A DNA stretch of 64,000 nucleotides from Promethearchaeota archaeon (lineage in GTDB: Archaea; Asgardarchaeota; Lokiarchaeia; Sigyniarchaeales; SOKP01). Shown here piece after piece: positions 1 to 10,637 of this stretch (position 1 is its first letter; every line of letters begins with the position of its first letter). The translations under genes were made by a program, and so were the position numbers. The DNA lies in the NCBI GenBank assembly GCA_011364975.1, contig RDOE01000005.1, positions 1-64,000 of the forward strand. Direction: 5' to 3'. The notes beneath the pieces were generated by a model, which was not told the origin of the DNA, did no database searches, and worked only from the letters and a program-made list of their open reading frames with translations.

Positions 1-59
1 AGATTTCAAAAGCGTTCGAGGAAATTTCTCCCTGGCAAGGAAAATGGCCTATGTTATAA
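1..59 (+). CDS. C-terminal end of a gene entering the window, possibly amidase family
   Basis: Frame 3 reads ISKAFEEISPWQGKWPML*, resembling the AFE..PW...P C-terminus of amidase-signature enzymes; only 18 aa visible. Confidence 0.45.
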   Translation, partial: ISKAFEEISPWQGKWPML

Positions 60-122
60 AAATAGACCTAAAATTTTCAGAAAATTGGCAGTGAGGGGGC
101 TATACTTATTATTTGAAATTTG

Positions 123-1739
123 TTATTTTGTTTCGGTTGTAGATGAAGATTTAGAGAGAGAGCTTCTAGATTGGTGTTTTTTTCTGATGATTCGATAAAG
201 GACGGCAGCGAGTATTATTGGACCGATAAGGATTGAGAGGGTAATTATTAAGTCAGCGGGATAGCCATAAATGCACCCACCATTAGCCCAGAATGAATTC
301 CCTTTACAATTAAATTCTACTATGCAGGCTCCATTTCCTGTTATAGTATTTCCAGTCACAGAGTTATAATCACTTCCATAAGAGAGATAAATTCCACGAT
401 GGTCATAGTTAATTATTTTATTGTCTGAAATGACATTATTAGAGGCGTCGTATAACAATAGAATTCCATTATAACTTTTATCCAGCGTATTTTTTGAGAT
501 GGTATTATAATAGCTTTGGAATAACTGGATACCATTATGGCATTTTGTAAGCTTATTTGCCGAGATAGTGTTTTTGGAGCTATATTTTAATTCAATTCCA
601 AGAGTATAGTTAGTTAGGCTGTTTTCATTAATCACATTACTTTGACTGCTGGAGAGATAGATTGATCCTGTACTACCTCCGAATGTACTTAGGCCAACTG
701 CGGTATTTTGTTTAATTTGGTTATTTTTACTAGAATCTAAGTGGATATTAAAATAGGAATTCTGAATAAGAGTATTTTCAGAGATAAGGTTATTATCACT
801 TTTTTTTAAATAAATTCCATCAGTATTATAACTCACAGTGCTGTTTGTCAAGATGATATCATTACATAGGTATAAGGATATTGCTTTTGAAGTGTGGGAA
901 ATGCTTAAATTGGAAATTATAGAATCGTTGCAATTAGCGAGAAAGACTTGTCCTGCATTTAAGAAGTCATCATAATTGAGATTAACTTTATTATTGTAAT
1001 AATAGAGGGGTTTATCATTGACTAAATTAGTGGAATCGATGTCATGGTGCGCGATATTGTGTAAATATCTTGTCCAATTTCCATTAAAAAGAGCAGCATC
1101 TATATATAAGCCATCCCCGCTTAATGAGTTTCTAGATAAGGAGTTGTATTCACAGGTTATCATGCTTATCCCATTTCTTACTATTAAATTATCTGAAATA
1201 TTAATGTAATTACTTTCATCTAAGTGAATTCCAGTACCATTGATAATATTGGAATAAATAGTTGCGTTATGACTATTAAATAAATATATTCCGTTTTGAA
1301 TATTAAAAAGACTATTATTAGTAATGATACCATTCTGAGTGTTCTTTAGGGTAATTGCATAAGCTAGTGGTCCCGTAGAGTTACAAATAGTACAATTTTC
1401 TATTCTAAAGTGTTCATTCGAATTTGTTATACTAATAGCTGTCCCGTAAAAGTTAGAAATTGTTACATTTTTAATAATGTATGGATCAGTATATGTACCA
1501 TTACCCGTACAAATTCCTAGGGCTATAGCAGCAGTCCAATTATTATCAATGGTAATTACATTAGAGGCTTCTGAAATTCGTAAATGATTAATGGTACAAT
1601 CCATTTTTAATAAATTGTTCACTGGAGGATTACTATATTGTATTCTGGAGCGAGGAATAATAACATAAGAAGAAGAAAAGGACAAAGCGAATACTAATGT
1701 ACACAATACTATTATACTTATTTTAGATTTGGATTTCAT
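123..1739 (-). CDS. Membrane-anchored parallel beta-helix (NosD/CASH-like) surface protein
   Basis: N-terminal hydrophobic segment, GNGT..DPYII motif, many GIxLxxSxxNxIxxN repeats, C-terminal TM with basic tail. Confidence 0.85.
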   Translation of the reverse strand: MKSKSKISIIVLCTLVFALSFSSSYVIIPRSRIQYSNPPVNNLLKMDCTINHLRISEASNVITIDNNWTAAIALGICTGNGTYTDPYIIKNVTISNFYGTAISITNSNEHFRIENCTICNSTGPLAYAITLKNTQNGIITNNSLFNIQNGIYLFNSHNATIYSNIINGTGIHLDESNYINISDNLIVRNGISMITCEYNSLSRNSLSGDGLYIDAALFNGNWTRYLHNIAHHDIDSTNLVNDKPLYYYNNKVNLNYDDFLNAGQVFLANCNDSIISNLSISHTSKAISLYLCNDIILTNSTVSYNTDGIYLKKSDNNLISENTLIQNSYFNIHLDSSKNNQIKQNTAVGLSTFGGSTGSIYLSSSQSNVINENSLTNYTLGIELKYSSKNTISANKLTKCHNGIQLFQSYYNTISKNTLDKSYNGILLLYDASNNVISDNKIINYDHRGIYLSYGSDYNSVTGNTITGNGACIVEFNCKGNSFWANGGCIYGYPADLIITLSILIGPIILAAVLYRIIRKKHQSRSSLSKSSSTTETK

Positions 1740-1865
1740 ATAATATTCTTCTTAGAATATGAATGACATTTCAAGAGATATTAGTTAAATAGAATATATA
1801 AACCTATTTTACAGAAAATGCGAAATTTAAAGTTACTCAATTGAAATTATCTTTTATAATCATCA

Positions 1866-3059
1866 CTATTTTCGCTTTTTAATAAAGGCACCAGACTTCA
1901 TTAACTCACAGGGTTTAAGATAAGGCTTATTTATTTTTGTTGCGAGCTCTTCCAGCATGTTAGACCATTGTTCATACTTATGCTTGCCTGCACTAAACGG
2001 ACCGGGCATTCCGGGGCCAGTTAACATTACATCGTCGATAATTTTATACCCAGTAACGACTCCTTCTTCTAAGAGTTTGCAACCCTCATTTAACTGAATT
2101 GCCAGAATGATTTCGTGATTTAATAAACCAGCTTTTTTAGTTAAATTAATTTCAGGTTTTCCGGAAGTCCAATCATATAATCCTGTGCCGGACTTTTTAC
2201 CGAATTTTCCTTGCGCAACGAGAGTTGTAAGAACTTTTCCGGGAGTGATGTCTGGAGAGAGTATTTGTTCAAATATTTTCATACTTTTATACATAACATC
2301 AAGTCCCAGATAATCAGCTAGCTCGCATGGTCCCATTGGCATCAGAGTTCTTGCCCCAGCATCGGCGTCAATTTCTTCAAATGGGACGCCCTTTTCATGT
2401 GCTTTATCAATGATCCAATTGGTGTAAACAAGTGGGGGAATGAGTAATCTATTGGCAATAAATCCTGGGGTTTCCTTTTCAATACGAACGGGAAATCTTT
2501 TAGCATTAAAACAAGGGAGGCTTTTGGCTATTTTAAATCCAATTTCCATCGCTTTATCGGAAGTATTCTTGCCTCTCATTAGTTCGACACAACCCGTAAA
2601 GATTGGAGGAACAAAAAAGTGCATACCGATAACGCGTTCGGGTTTATTTGTGGATTCGCAAATTTTGGATATAAGCAGAGTTGAGGTGTTTGATGCCAAT
2701 ATGGCGTGTTCGGGGGCATACTTACCTAGTTTGTTAAATACTCCTTGTTTAATTTCCAAATCTTCAGAAACAGCCTCAATTATGAAATCGGCGTCTTTTA
2801 CAGCTTTTATTAAGTCTGTAGCTGTTGTTAGTCGTTTCATTATTTTTGCCACACTGGTTTTATCACCTAACTTCCCTTTACTTTCAAGTTTAGTAACGCC
2901 TTCTTCAATTTTACTAGCTCCCCGATCAACGATTTCTTTGTTAAGATCAACTAAAATTGTATCGTAGTCTGCCAATAAAGCAGCTTGGGCAATACCACTT
3001 CCCATGGTGCCTGCTCCAATAACGACAAGTTGCTTAACTTCAAAATTAGAATTATCCAT
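1866..3059 (-). CDS. 3-hydroxyacyl-CoA dehydrogenase with duplicated C-terminal domain
   Basis: GAGTMGSG, IEAVSE, ASNTS, GMHFF, PGFIANR, PMGP motifs. Confidence 0.93.
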   Translation of the reverse strand: MDNSNFEVKQLVVIGAGTMGSGIAQAALLADYDTILVDLNKEIVDRGASKIEEGVTKLESKGKLGDKTSVAKIMKRLTTATDLIKAVKDADFIIEAVSEDLEIKQGVFNKLGKYAPEHAILASNTSTLLISKICESTNKPERVIGMHFFVPPIFTGCVELMRGKNTSDKAMEIGFKIAKSLPCFNAKRFPVRIEKETPGFIANRLLIPPLVYTNWIIDKAHEKGVPFEEIDADAGARTLMPMGPCELADYLGLDVMYKSMKIFEQILSPDITPGKVLTTLVAQGKFGKKSGTGLYDWTSGKPEINLTKKAGLLNHEIILAIQLNEGCKLLEEGVVTGYKIIDDVMLTGPGMPGPFSAGKHKYEQWSNMLEELATKINKPYLKPCELMKSGAFIKKRK

Positions 3060-3397
3060 TGATCTTTAGCTCTGTAAATTGATAAATTTCTTCCTTCGCA
3101 AAAAGTTGTTACTAGTTAAATCTATAGAAATTAATATTTTCTAAACAAGAAATAATATTGTAATTAACCTGAATTAGGTTTTTTAATTTTTTTTTACTTT
3201 TATTTTATTTGTTTGAAAAGGGAATATTGTGAAAAAAGCTGTGAAATAGCGTGATGGGAGGAGATTACAGAAGTGAGTGATATTGGGGATAGTGATCGAT
3301 GTGGATGTTAGGAGTAAAAGGAGGAACAGATATAAAAAGAAACTTACTTTAATTAACATTAAAAGTATATCTCGTGGAGATTAGAAGGTAATGAGTT

Positions 3398-3772
3398 ATG
3401 GTTCGTTCAACGGGTAAAGTTCCGATTACCAAGGAGGAGGCAAAAAAGAGTTTATATTATAGTATCGTGGTAATGATTTTGATAGCCTTGTTTTTCGTGT
3501 TAATTTTGAACTTATCTCAGGATTTATTAATAATTATGATGTTTATTCCATTGCTGACAATGTATTTTTTCTTGGGATTTATTTCTTTTATTATGTACTT
3601 TCTTGATAATGAAATGGCGTATGGGATGTGGATTTCGCGTAAGAAGGCGAAAGAGTTGAAAAAGTTTAAGAGGATACAGTTTGGGAGGAGAGTAAGGATA
3701 GTAATTCTTGTCATGGCAATAATACCGTTTATTATGGTTTTGATAAGTCTTCTAGGAATTATGTCAGGTTAA
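3398..3772 (+). CDS. Small membrane protein (about 3 TM), unknown function
   Basis: 124-aa ORF with three hydrophobic segments and a basic loop. Confidence 0.7.
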   Translation: MVRSTGKVPITKEEAKKSLYYSIVVMILIALFFVLILNLSQDLLIIMMFIPLLTMYFFLGFISFIMYFLDNEMAYGMWISRKKAKELKKFKRIQFGRRVRIVILVMAIIPFIMVLISLLGIMSG

Positions 3773-3802
3773 GATTTCTAAATATTACAGAGCAGTGCAA
3801 AT

Positions 3803-5443
3803 TTATGATTCTATAGAAGCGTTTCGTGTTGGTCTTTTTGGTTCTACTAGTATAGTGAAGATTCCAAATAATCGTTTGAGAAAGGTTGGGTTAGTTTCCT
3901 TTTCCCTTGCATAATTGATCCCCAAACAATCTAATCGTTTTGAGAGCGTATGAAGTCTACTTGTAAATGAGGTGTAACTTTTCAAGATTTTTTGGGTCCA
4001 TCCCGTTTCAGCAACGGCAAATAGCCGGGGAAATATTTGCCAATACAGGTTGTGAGCATTTCGGACCCATTCTGTCCAGAGAGGGGCTTCTATTCCTAAT
4101 ACGTTTTGATGAAATTGGGGTGCTAATTTTTTAGGGATTGGATCATATGCATAGGTTTTCTTTAATGGAGTAAAGGCATAGCCATAATCTAAATATACTC
4201 GTCCATATTTGGACATGACTATCTTTCGGCCGCGTTTGAGATGGTTAATGACTTTTTTTTTGTCAAACATCCAATATTGACTAATTACATCAATGGGAAG
4301 GGTATCATTAAGAATTTGATTCCATCCCATAGTCCTTTTCCCATGAAGCGCCAAAAATGTTACTATTCGATTTGTAAAGTAATATTGTAGGTCCTTTTCA
4401 TCCTCAAATCCTTCCATTTTTATTCGAGCTTGGCAGTCGGGGCACTGTTTCCACCGTGTTTTTGGAACTTCATCTCCACCTATGTGAATAATTTCTGAAG
4501 GGAACAATGTCATGATTTCTTTTAAAATATTTTGTAGGAAGGTAAAAACATGCTCTTTTCCAACACAAAACACGTCTTTATGGATACCTACAATTGACGA
4601 GACATCAAAGGGTCCACCGGAGCAGCTCATTTCAGGGTATGCGGATAAAGCGGCTATGCAATGTCCGGGCATTTCTATTTCCGGAATTATGTTAATACCT
4701 CTGTTAGCAGCATAAGTGACAATTTCTTTTATATCATCTTGGGTGTAATATCCTTGATGGGGAATTCCATCTTGATTTTTACTGATAAAGCCCCCGATTT
4801 GAGAGGAAGTCCGTTTAGAGCCAATTTCGGTGAGTTTTGGATATTTTTTAATCTCAATCCTCCACCCTTGGTCATCGGTGAGGTGCCAATGAAAGACATT
4901 CATTTTAAGGAGTGCAAGGAGGTCAAGTATTTTAAGAACTATTTCCTTTCCTAAGAAATGTCGTGCATCGTCAAGCATAAATCCGCGCCATGGAAATCGG
5001 GGATAATCTTCAATTTGAACGCATGACACGCCCCAGTTAACATTTTTAACTTCATTAGAATGGTCAATTTCAGGGGGGAGGAGTTGACGCAGGCTTTGGA
5101 TGCCATAAAAGATGCCAATAGAAGTGAGAGCAGAGATGATCACATTTTCTCGTGTGATTTTAATAGAGTATCCTTCTAAGCCAAGATGGCTCAGCCCGTT
5201 GTCAAGTTTTAGGACTATAGAATTAGTGTTAAAATGATTCGGAGGGATGATTTTGACGTTAAACTCAAATGTAGTTGCGGGATATAGGAAGTTTTGTAGA
5301 AATTCACCGATTTTTTTAAGTTCTGGGTCGCATTCGATTATGGTTTCGTGATTAAAGGCAAATTGACCTGTTTCTGGAGTAAGTTTTACGGGTAATGGTA
5401 TAATGGATGGGGTGTACTGGGTGTGATTTTTTTGATGGGTCAT
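3803..5443 (-). CDS. Beta-N-acetylhexosaminidase (GH20)
   Basis: DYPRFPWRGFMLD, HWHLTDDQGWR, PEIEMPGH, HIGGDE catalytic motif, LWTEW; no signal peptide. Confidence 0.95.
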   Translation of the reverse strand: MTHQKNHTQYTPSIIPLPVKLTPETGQFAFNHETIIECDPELKKIGEFLQNFLYPATTFEFNVKIIPPNHFNTNSIVLKLDNGLSHLGLEGYSIKITRENVIISALTSIGIFYGIQSLRQLLPPEIDHSNEVKNVNWGVSCVQIEDYPRFPWRGFMLDDARHFLGKEIVLKILDLLALLKMNVFHWHLTDDQGWRIEIKKYPKLTEIGSKRTSSQIGGFISKNQDGIPHQGYYTQDDIKEIVTYAANRGINIIPEIEMPGHCIAALSAYPEMSCSGGPFDVSSIVGIHKDVFCVGKEHVFTFLQNILKEIMTLFPSEIIHIGGDEVPKTRWKQCPDCQARIKMEGFEDEKDLQYYFTNRIVTFLALHGKRTMGWNQILNDTLPIDVISQYWMFDKKKVINHLKRGRKIVMSKYGRVYLDYGYAFTPLKKTYAYDPIPKKLAPQFHQNVLGIEAPLWTEWVRNAHNLYWQIFPRLFAVAETGWTQKILKSYTSFTSRLHTLSKRLDCLGINYAREKETNPTFLKRLFGIFTILVEPKRPTRNASIES

Positions 5444-5588
5444 ATTTAAAGGTTATTTTGGTGTAATTTTAGTTTAATCGAAAAGTATCCATAGGGATAA
5501 GTAATTCTGAAAGCGAAATGTGTTAAAATACTATAAAAAAAGTAAACATAAAGGTATTTATTGAGTAGTTTGGAAAAGAGGAGGGCTA

Positions 5589-5972
5589 TTAGGAGGTAAT
5601 ATTGAATATTATATTGAGTATTACAAGGCAAGTTGACGCAACAAGGATGATTCCGAACATAATCACGAAGGGCCATTGGTTTTTTTGTGCGTAATAACCT
5701 GCAGAATTGATTACTGCATAGATTATTAGTCCCATTGCGAGAATAAAGAAATGAGGTGCCCAAGGGAGCCCAGTTAGAAGGAAGATTCCGCATAGTAGAG
5801 AGAGGGTTCCCATTAAAATTTCAGCGGTTATATGGAATGCAATTGCGATGGGTTCGGTTTTTATTTCTGGTATTTGTTTTGTTAGATACAACATTGTCCA
5901 TAGTCCTATAATCCCGATTCCTATTACTATAGCGTATATTCCGCTAATTATTAAAAGTGTTATCTTTTTCAC
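5589..5972 (-). CDS. Small 4-TM membrane protein
   Basis: Four hydrophobic helices, GTG start. Confidence 0.75.
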   Translation of the reverse strand: MKKITLLIISGIYAIVIGIGIIGLWTMLYLTKQIPEIKTEPIAIAFHITAEILMGTLSLLCGIFLLTGLPWAPHFFILAMGLIIYAVINSAGYYAQKNQWPFVIMFGIILVASTCLVILNIIFNITS

Positions 5973-6202
5973 ATTTTTAGGTAGTTTTGTTAAATAAGAT
6001 AAGCGAGTAATTAAATAAAAAATTTTTTATTCATATTTTTACTTCTCTGAAATTAATGTAAGAGATTTATGAGTCTTCTAAGCTTATTCAAAATCTGACT
6101 CTTTCGATTAGCAATTAGTAGAGATTTTTTAAATTATGATTCAAATAATTAATCAGAGTTAATGAGAAATTTTCAGAGTTTTAAGATAGTAGGGTAGAAA
6201 AG

Positions 6203-7592
6203 GTGCTAGATCCGGAATTTATTACGGCGAATATAGATCAGATTGGCAAAAAGGAAGCGCGAGTGATATTAAGGGAGTGGATTTCAGGTTCAGAGGACGT
6301 AAAAAAGCGGAGAGAGGCGTTAGATGCTTACATTACATTAGATAATGGGAAGGATTTTGGTTTTTATGAACAGTTATTTCTTACTGATGAGGATGTAGGG
6401 ATACAAAGAATTGCGGGGGCTTGTTTAAGCGATAGATATAGCACGGATAAAAAATTACTGGCTTTGCTGCAGTTTGTATTATTTGAGCAGAAGGAGATTG
6501 AGCCAAAAGTGTTTGCGATCGAGCTATTAAACTCGATTAACACAAAGAAGGCACGGAGGATTTTACGGGATTACTTAAAGAAGTTAGTAAAATTAGTTTC
6601 TAAGGATAAAAAGGTGGATTTTTCAAAGGAGATGTCGGGAATGGACTCCTTATCTTCGAGTTTAAGTGTACCAGTATCTAATGAGGTAATTGATATTATT
6701 ATCAATTTAACATTGGCAGAATATTATGAGAAGGTATGCCAGTATAATGTAACGATGATGGGGGGGGTGATAGTTCAATTACGATGTGAGGGAGCGGGCC
6801 TTATGGAGATTTCTCAGATTAAAGGCCTTGATAAACTGCAACATTTAGTACACTTAAATTTAAATAGAAATAGAATTGAGAGGGTAAAAGGCCTTGATCA
6901 TTTAAAGGAGTTAAGATCACTTATTTTATCGGAGAATTTGACTGAGTCTTTAGAACACTACGAGTATTTGGGAAATTTAAGAGAGTTAAATTTGGCCTCC
7001 AACAAAATTGAGGAGATAATCCCTATTAATCTTAAAAATTTAGAGAAACTTTCCTTGGATCGGAATCGTATTTCGGAGATAAAAAATTTAGATGAGTTAG
7101 TGGGATTAGAATTTTTAAACTTGAGTCATAACCATATCACCGAGATTAGCGGTTTGAATTCATTAGTCAATCTTAAGAACTTGAATCTTTCATTCAATAA
7201 TATTTCCAGTATTACGGGGTTAGATAGACAACCTATTAGACCTAAAAGTATTAACATTGTCGAATAACAAAATTGAAAGAATAGAGAACTTAGATAATTT
7301 GGAAAATCTTAAAAAGTTAGAAATTTCAGAGAACAGGATACAAAAGATAAGCGGTTTGGAGCATCAACTCCATTTACAGGAATTATTCTTAGATCGGAAC
7401 CAGGTGAAGAGAATCGAGGGGGTGCATAATTTAGGGAGTTTGATTATCTTATTTTTGGAGAAAAACCAGATAGAGTGCTTTAAACTGGAGGATATTCAGC
7501 ATTTAAAAAGCCTAAATTTTATTTTTCTTAATGAAAATCCCTTAAATTTGGAGAGTAGAGCGCTTTATCTCAAAAAAACTCGTTTTCCTTAA
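6203..7592 (+). pseudogene. HEAT-like plus SDS22-type leucine-rich-repeat protein, frameshifted by a TAGA duplication at 7221-7228
   Basis: LxLxxNxIxxIxGL repeats in both ORF 6203-7267 and ORF 7257-7592; deleting one TAGA joins them in frame as ITGLDNLLDLKVLTLSNNKI. Confidence 0.85.
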
Positions 7593-7767
7593 ATTAATGG
7601 TTAAGTTTGTATAAGCTTTTAGATTGATTGAAGGTCGAAGGTTGAATTTAAAAAATGGACTACTTTAATTTTTAGTATACTATAGAATATAAATTAAATA
7701 TGGTTTAGTTTTGATTTAGAATAGATTAATTTTGATACAACAATTTTAGTTATTTAGTTGAAGAGTC

Positions 7768-9036
7768 ATGAAAAGGCAATGGATACAAATTATCGGGCTA
7801 TTTTTAATTTTGGGGTCTTCCTGTTGGTCGGTATGGTTTGCGGGTTCAATTTTTTTTGAATATTCAGAAGCTAGTCGAATTGAAGATAATATAGGAGTCA
7901 GAACTTCGAATCCAAATTATTGGCCTATTTCTGGGTGGAGGAGTTCTGTACCAGAGGAGCAGGGAGTATCGTCCCAAAAGTTAAATGAAATGGAGGACTA
8001 TATAGAGAATCAGAATTTAAGGAATTATATTGATTCGATACTTATTGTCCGGAATGGTTATCTTGTGTATGAATGGTATCCTTCCATCGGTTATAATGAG
8101 AATATCAGGCACCATATATTTTCTTGTACAAAGGTATTTACGTCAGCACTAATAGGGATTGCAATAGAGGAGGGTTATATCGGTGGCGTAGATGATTATG
8201 TTCTGGATTATTTTCCGAATAGAACAATTAATAATTTGGATGCTCGAAAGGAAGCGATGACAATTAGACATTTACTCACCATGACTTCTGGATTGGAATG
8301 GAATGATAACCCCAATTTTTATCAGATGGAAGTCAGTTCAAACTGGGCTCAATATGTATTGGATCGTCCTATGGAATTTCAACCGGGAACCGTATGGAAT
8401 TATAATACGGGGTGTTCTCATTTGTTATCCGTCATTCTTAATGAAGTGACCCCGTATGGAACTCGTGCTTATGCGATAGAGAAAATCTTCAATCCGCTCA
8501 ACATTACCAATTATATATGGAATAATGATGCTCAAGGGATTCCTATTGGGGGTACACAGTTATTTATTACCCCCAGAGATATGGCGAAATTTGGTTATTT
8601 GTACCTTAAAAACGGATATTGGAATGGAACTCAGCTTATTCCTTCAAATTGGGTTGTTGAATCGAGAACTGCAGTTGTATCGTTTGAATTCGAGCAAGGT
8701 CATGGATCGGGCTATGGTTATCAATGGTGGACATATAATTTAGCAAATGGATATGCAGCTCGAGGTTCAAATCAACAACATATTTATGTCATTCCAGACC
8801 TCAACTTAGTAGTAGTGAGTACAGGTAATACGGAATATCCATTTATAAATTTGTTAGTGGATTATATCCTTCCCTCAGCAGGATTTTCTCCAATAAATCT
8901 GATGTTAGTGATATCTCTTATTGTCTTTTTAAGTACATTGGGTGCCTATTTTGGTTATAAGTATTATAAATCACATACGAAAAAGAAATCCATTCAAGAG
9001 AGTAGAGAACAAGATTCAACCGATACTGGTAAGTAG
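7768..9036 (+). CDS. Serine hydrolase, beta-lactamase class C / NylB-like, with N- and C-terminal TM segments
   Basis: SxxK (SCTK), HLLTMTSG, YNT, RDMAKFG, YGYQWW motifs. Confidence 0.9.
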   Translation: MKRQWIQIIGLFLILGSSCWSVWFAGSIFFEYSEASRIEDNIGVRTSNPNYWPISGWRSSVPEEQGVSSQKLNEMEDYIENQNLRNYIDSILIVRNGYLVYEWYPSIGYNENIRHHIFSCTKVFTSALIGIAIEEGYIGGVDDYVLDYFPNRTINNLDARKEAMTIRHLLTMTSGLEWNDNPNFYQMEVSSNWAQYVLDRPMEFQPGTVWNYNTGCSHLLSVILNEVTPYGTRAYAIEKIFNPLNITNYIWNNDAQGIPIGGTQLFITPRDMAKFGYLYLKNGYWNGTQLIPSNWVVESRTAVVSFEFEQGHGSGYGYQWWTYNLANGYAARGSNQQHIYVIPDLNLVVVSTGNTEYPFINLLVDYILPSAGFSPINLMLVISLIVFLSTLGAYFGYKYYKSHTKKKSIQESREQDSTDTGK

Positions 9037-9103
9037 AAGACCAAACCTTTTGGTATTAATTTAAAAATTTTTTTTCTTATTAGTAAAAGTGTTAAATTGA
9101 TTA

Positions 9104-9685
9104 TTATTTGGGATTCGAATCAGGATGTTGATGAATGTAATCATCAATCCACAGTTCCATGAGTACTTCGTCATAATAATTGGCATCCATAAAGAATTGG
9201 TTTTTTCTAATTCCAACCGTTTTAAATCCTACTTTTTTATAGAGAGAAAGAGCTCGGGTATTATTGGAGAAACAACTTAAAATGATTTTTTCCTTGTCAT
9301 TTAACTTTTTAGATTCCCGTATCGCTAAGTCGATTAAATGAAGTCCTATTCCCAAATCTCGGTATTTTTGTTGTATTATTATTCCTAAGCGTCCAACGTG
9401 GTTAGCTGCGTCCCATTCTAAGTTTGAGACTTCACATTGGCCAATAATATTGAGAGGACTTTTAAATTCAGGAAGCACGGCTACAACGCATAGTTCTTTT
9501 TCTTGTAATAAATGGTTATACCATGATTGCTTTTCATATTCAGACCGAACGGGGAAGAACACCGGTAAATAGATACCTTCTTCGACAACTTCGTTGAAAT
9601 TGTGCCAAATGCCTTCAATATCAGCTTCAGATACATGTCTAAGGATAATCTTTTCTCCGTTTTTTAGTTGGAATACTTTTTTCAT
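9104..9685 (-). CDS. GNAT N-acetyltransferase
   Basis: YRDLGIG acetyl-CoA motif, N..A..LYKKVGF. Confidence 0.9.
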   Translation of the reverse strand: MKKVFQLKNGEKIILRHVSEADIEGIWHNFNEVVEEGIYLPVFFPVRSEYEKQSWYNHLLQEKELCVVAVLPEFKSPLNIIGQCEVSNLEWDAANHVGRLGIIIQQKYRDLGIGLHLIDLAIRESKKLNDKEKIILSCFSNNTRALSLYKKVGFKTVGIRKNQFFMDANYYDEVLMELWIDDYIHQHPDSNPK

Positions 9686-9730
9686 TATCTAAATATAAGT
9701 TTTTATAATTAAATTCCTTATGGTATTATT

Positions 9731-10204
9731 ATGGAAAATGATAAAGAAAATGATAAAGAGAACGAGGGCCCTTCTAAGAATATCGATCAGAGGGTAAAAA
9801 TGCATGAGTATTTGAAAGAGGCGACTGAGAGAAAAAAGGCTCCCGTAGCTAAAGATTTAGTGGAGTTGAAACATGTTGAGGTTAAAAAGCAAAAAGTAAG
9901 TCAAGAGACCCTAGATTTAGCCCAAACACTTAAAGAGCAATTTATTGAGCATGATCAATTCGAACGGCTTTCTAATGATGAGATTACGATCTTAGAGTCT
10001 TTTATGGGTAAACGCTTATTTTTAACAAGAATTGCTATTGTAGCTAATCAAAGCAGAGTTCCGTTAGGGATTCCTCCTTTAAAGAAAGCAGAATTAGAGA
10101 AGCTTTTAAATGGGTTGATAAGTAAAGGTTATATACAAACTGAGAATGTAGCAGGAGAAATCGTATACTTACTAACAGAACGTGGAAAATATAGGGTACA
10201 GTAA
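9731..10204 (+). CDS. Protein with C-terminal winged-helix domain
   Basis: LNGLISKGYI...VYLLTERG wing signature; charged N-terminus. Confidence 0.7.
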   Translation: MENDKENDKENEGPSKNIDQRVKMHEYLKEATERKKAPVAKDLVELKHVEVKKQKVSQETLDLAQTLKEQFIEHDQFERLSNDEITILESFMGKRLFLTRIAIVANQSRVPLGIPPLKKAELEKLLNGLISKGYIQTENVAGEIVYLLTERGKYRVQ

Positions 10205-10224
10205 TCTAAAAAATAAGGTAAAAA

Positions 10225-10527
10225 TTAATCCTTTTTTAAAATTAATTTACTTATGGGGATATCCTGGTATTCCCCTGAGGGGTATTCTCTTCTAATCGTA
10301 AGAGGCAGAATTCCTGTTTTAAGTTCTGCAAGAGCAATTTTTATGGGATCTATCATCCCCTTAGGTTTTTCTACGAGTATAGGTGCACCGTAAGAAATTT
10401 GTAACGCTCTTGCACCGGTAATTCTAGCTTTTTCATACCTGGTTAGAAAAATGGGTCCTACTTTGACATATTTCCTAACTTCATTATATTTTTTTCTTAA
10501 TTCACGCGATTCTAAAAAGGAGGACAT
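10225..10527 (-). CDS. rpoK: RNA polymerase subunit Rpo6 (RpoK)
   Basis: LTRYEKARITGARALQISYGAP, DPIKIALAEL, LPLTIRR. Confidence 0.97.
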   Translation of the reverse strand: MSSFLESRELRKKYNEVRKYVKVGPIFLTRYEKARITGARALQISYGAPILVEKPKGMIDPIKIALAELKTGILPLTIRREYPSGEYQDIPISKLILKKD

Positions 10528-10637
10528 GGTCTAAACCATAAAATGAGTAATTATGGGATAAAATATAAAATAACATAAAACTTTTTTGGTTTTAATAAGA
10601 ACTTACGACGGTTGAAATGTGAACGGAGTCAATATAG

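Noticed and set aside
5446-5793. 115-aa minus-strand ORF
   Set aside because: Overlaps the more plausible 4-TM gene in another frame and runs into AT-rich intergenic DNA
6041-6180. Partial inverted/direct repeats (CTCTGA, TCAGAG) suggesting a MITE
   Set aside because: Matches are short and imperfect; no target-site duplication
7768-9036. Antibiotic-resistance beta-lactamase
   Set aside because: Motifs fit the broad serine-hydrolase family; no evidence for lactam specificity
9734-9757. 12-nt tandem repeat GAAAATGATAAA x2
   Set aside because: In-frame duplication in a low-complexity N-terminus; no spacer structure, not CRISPR
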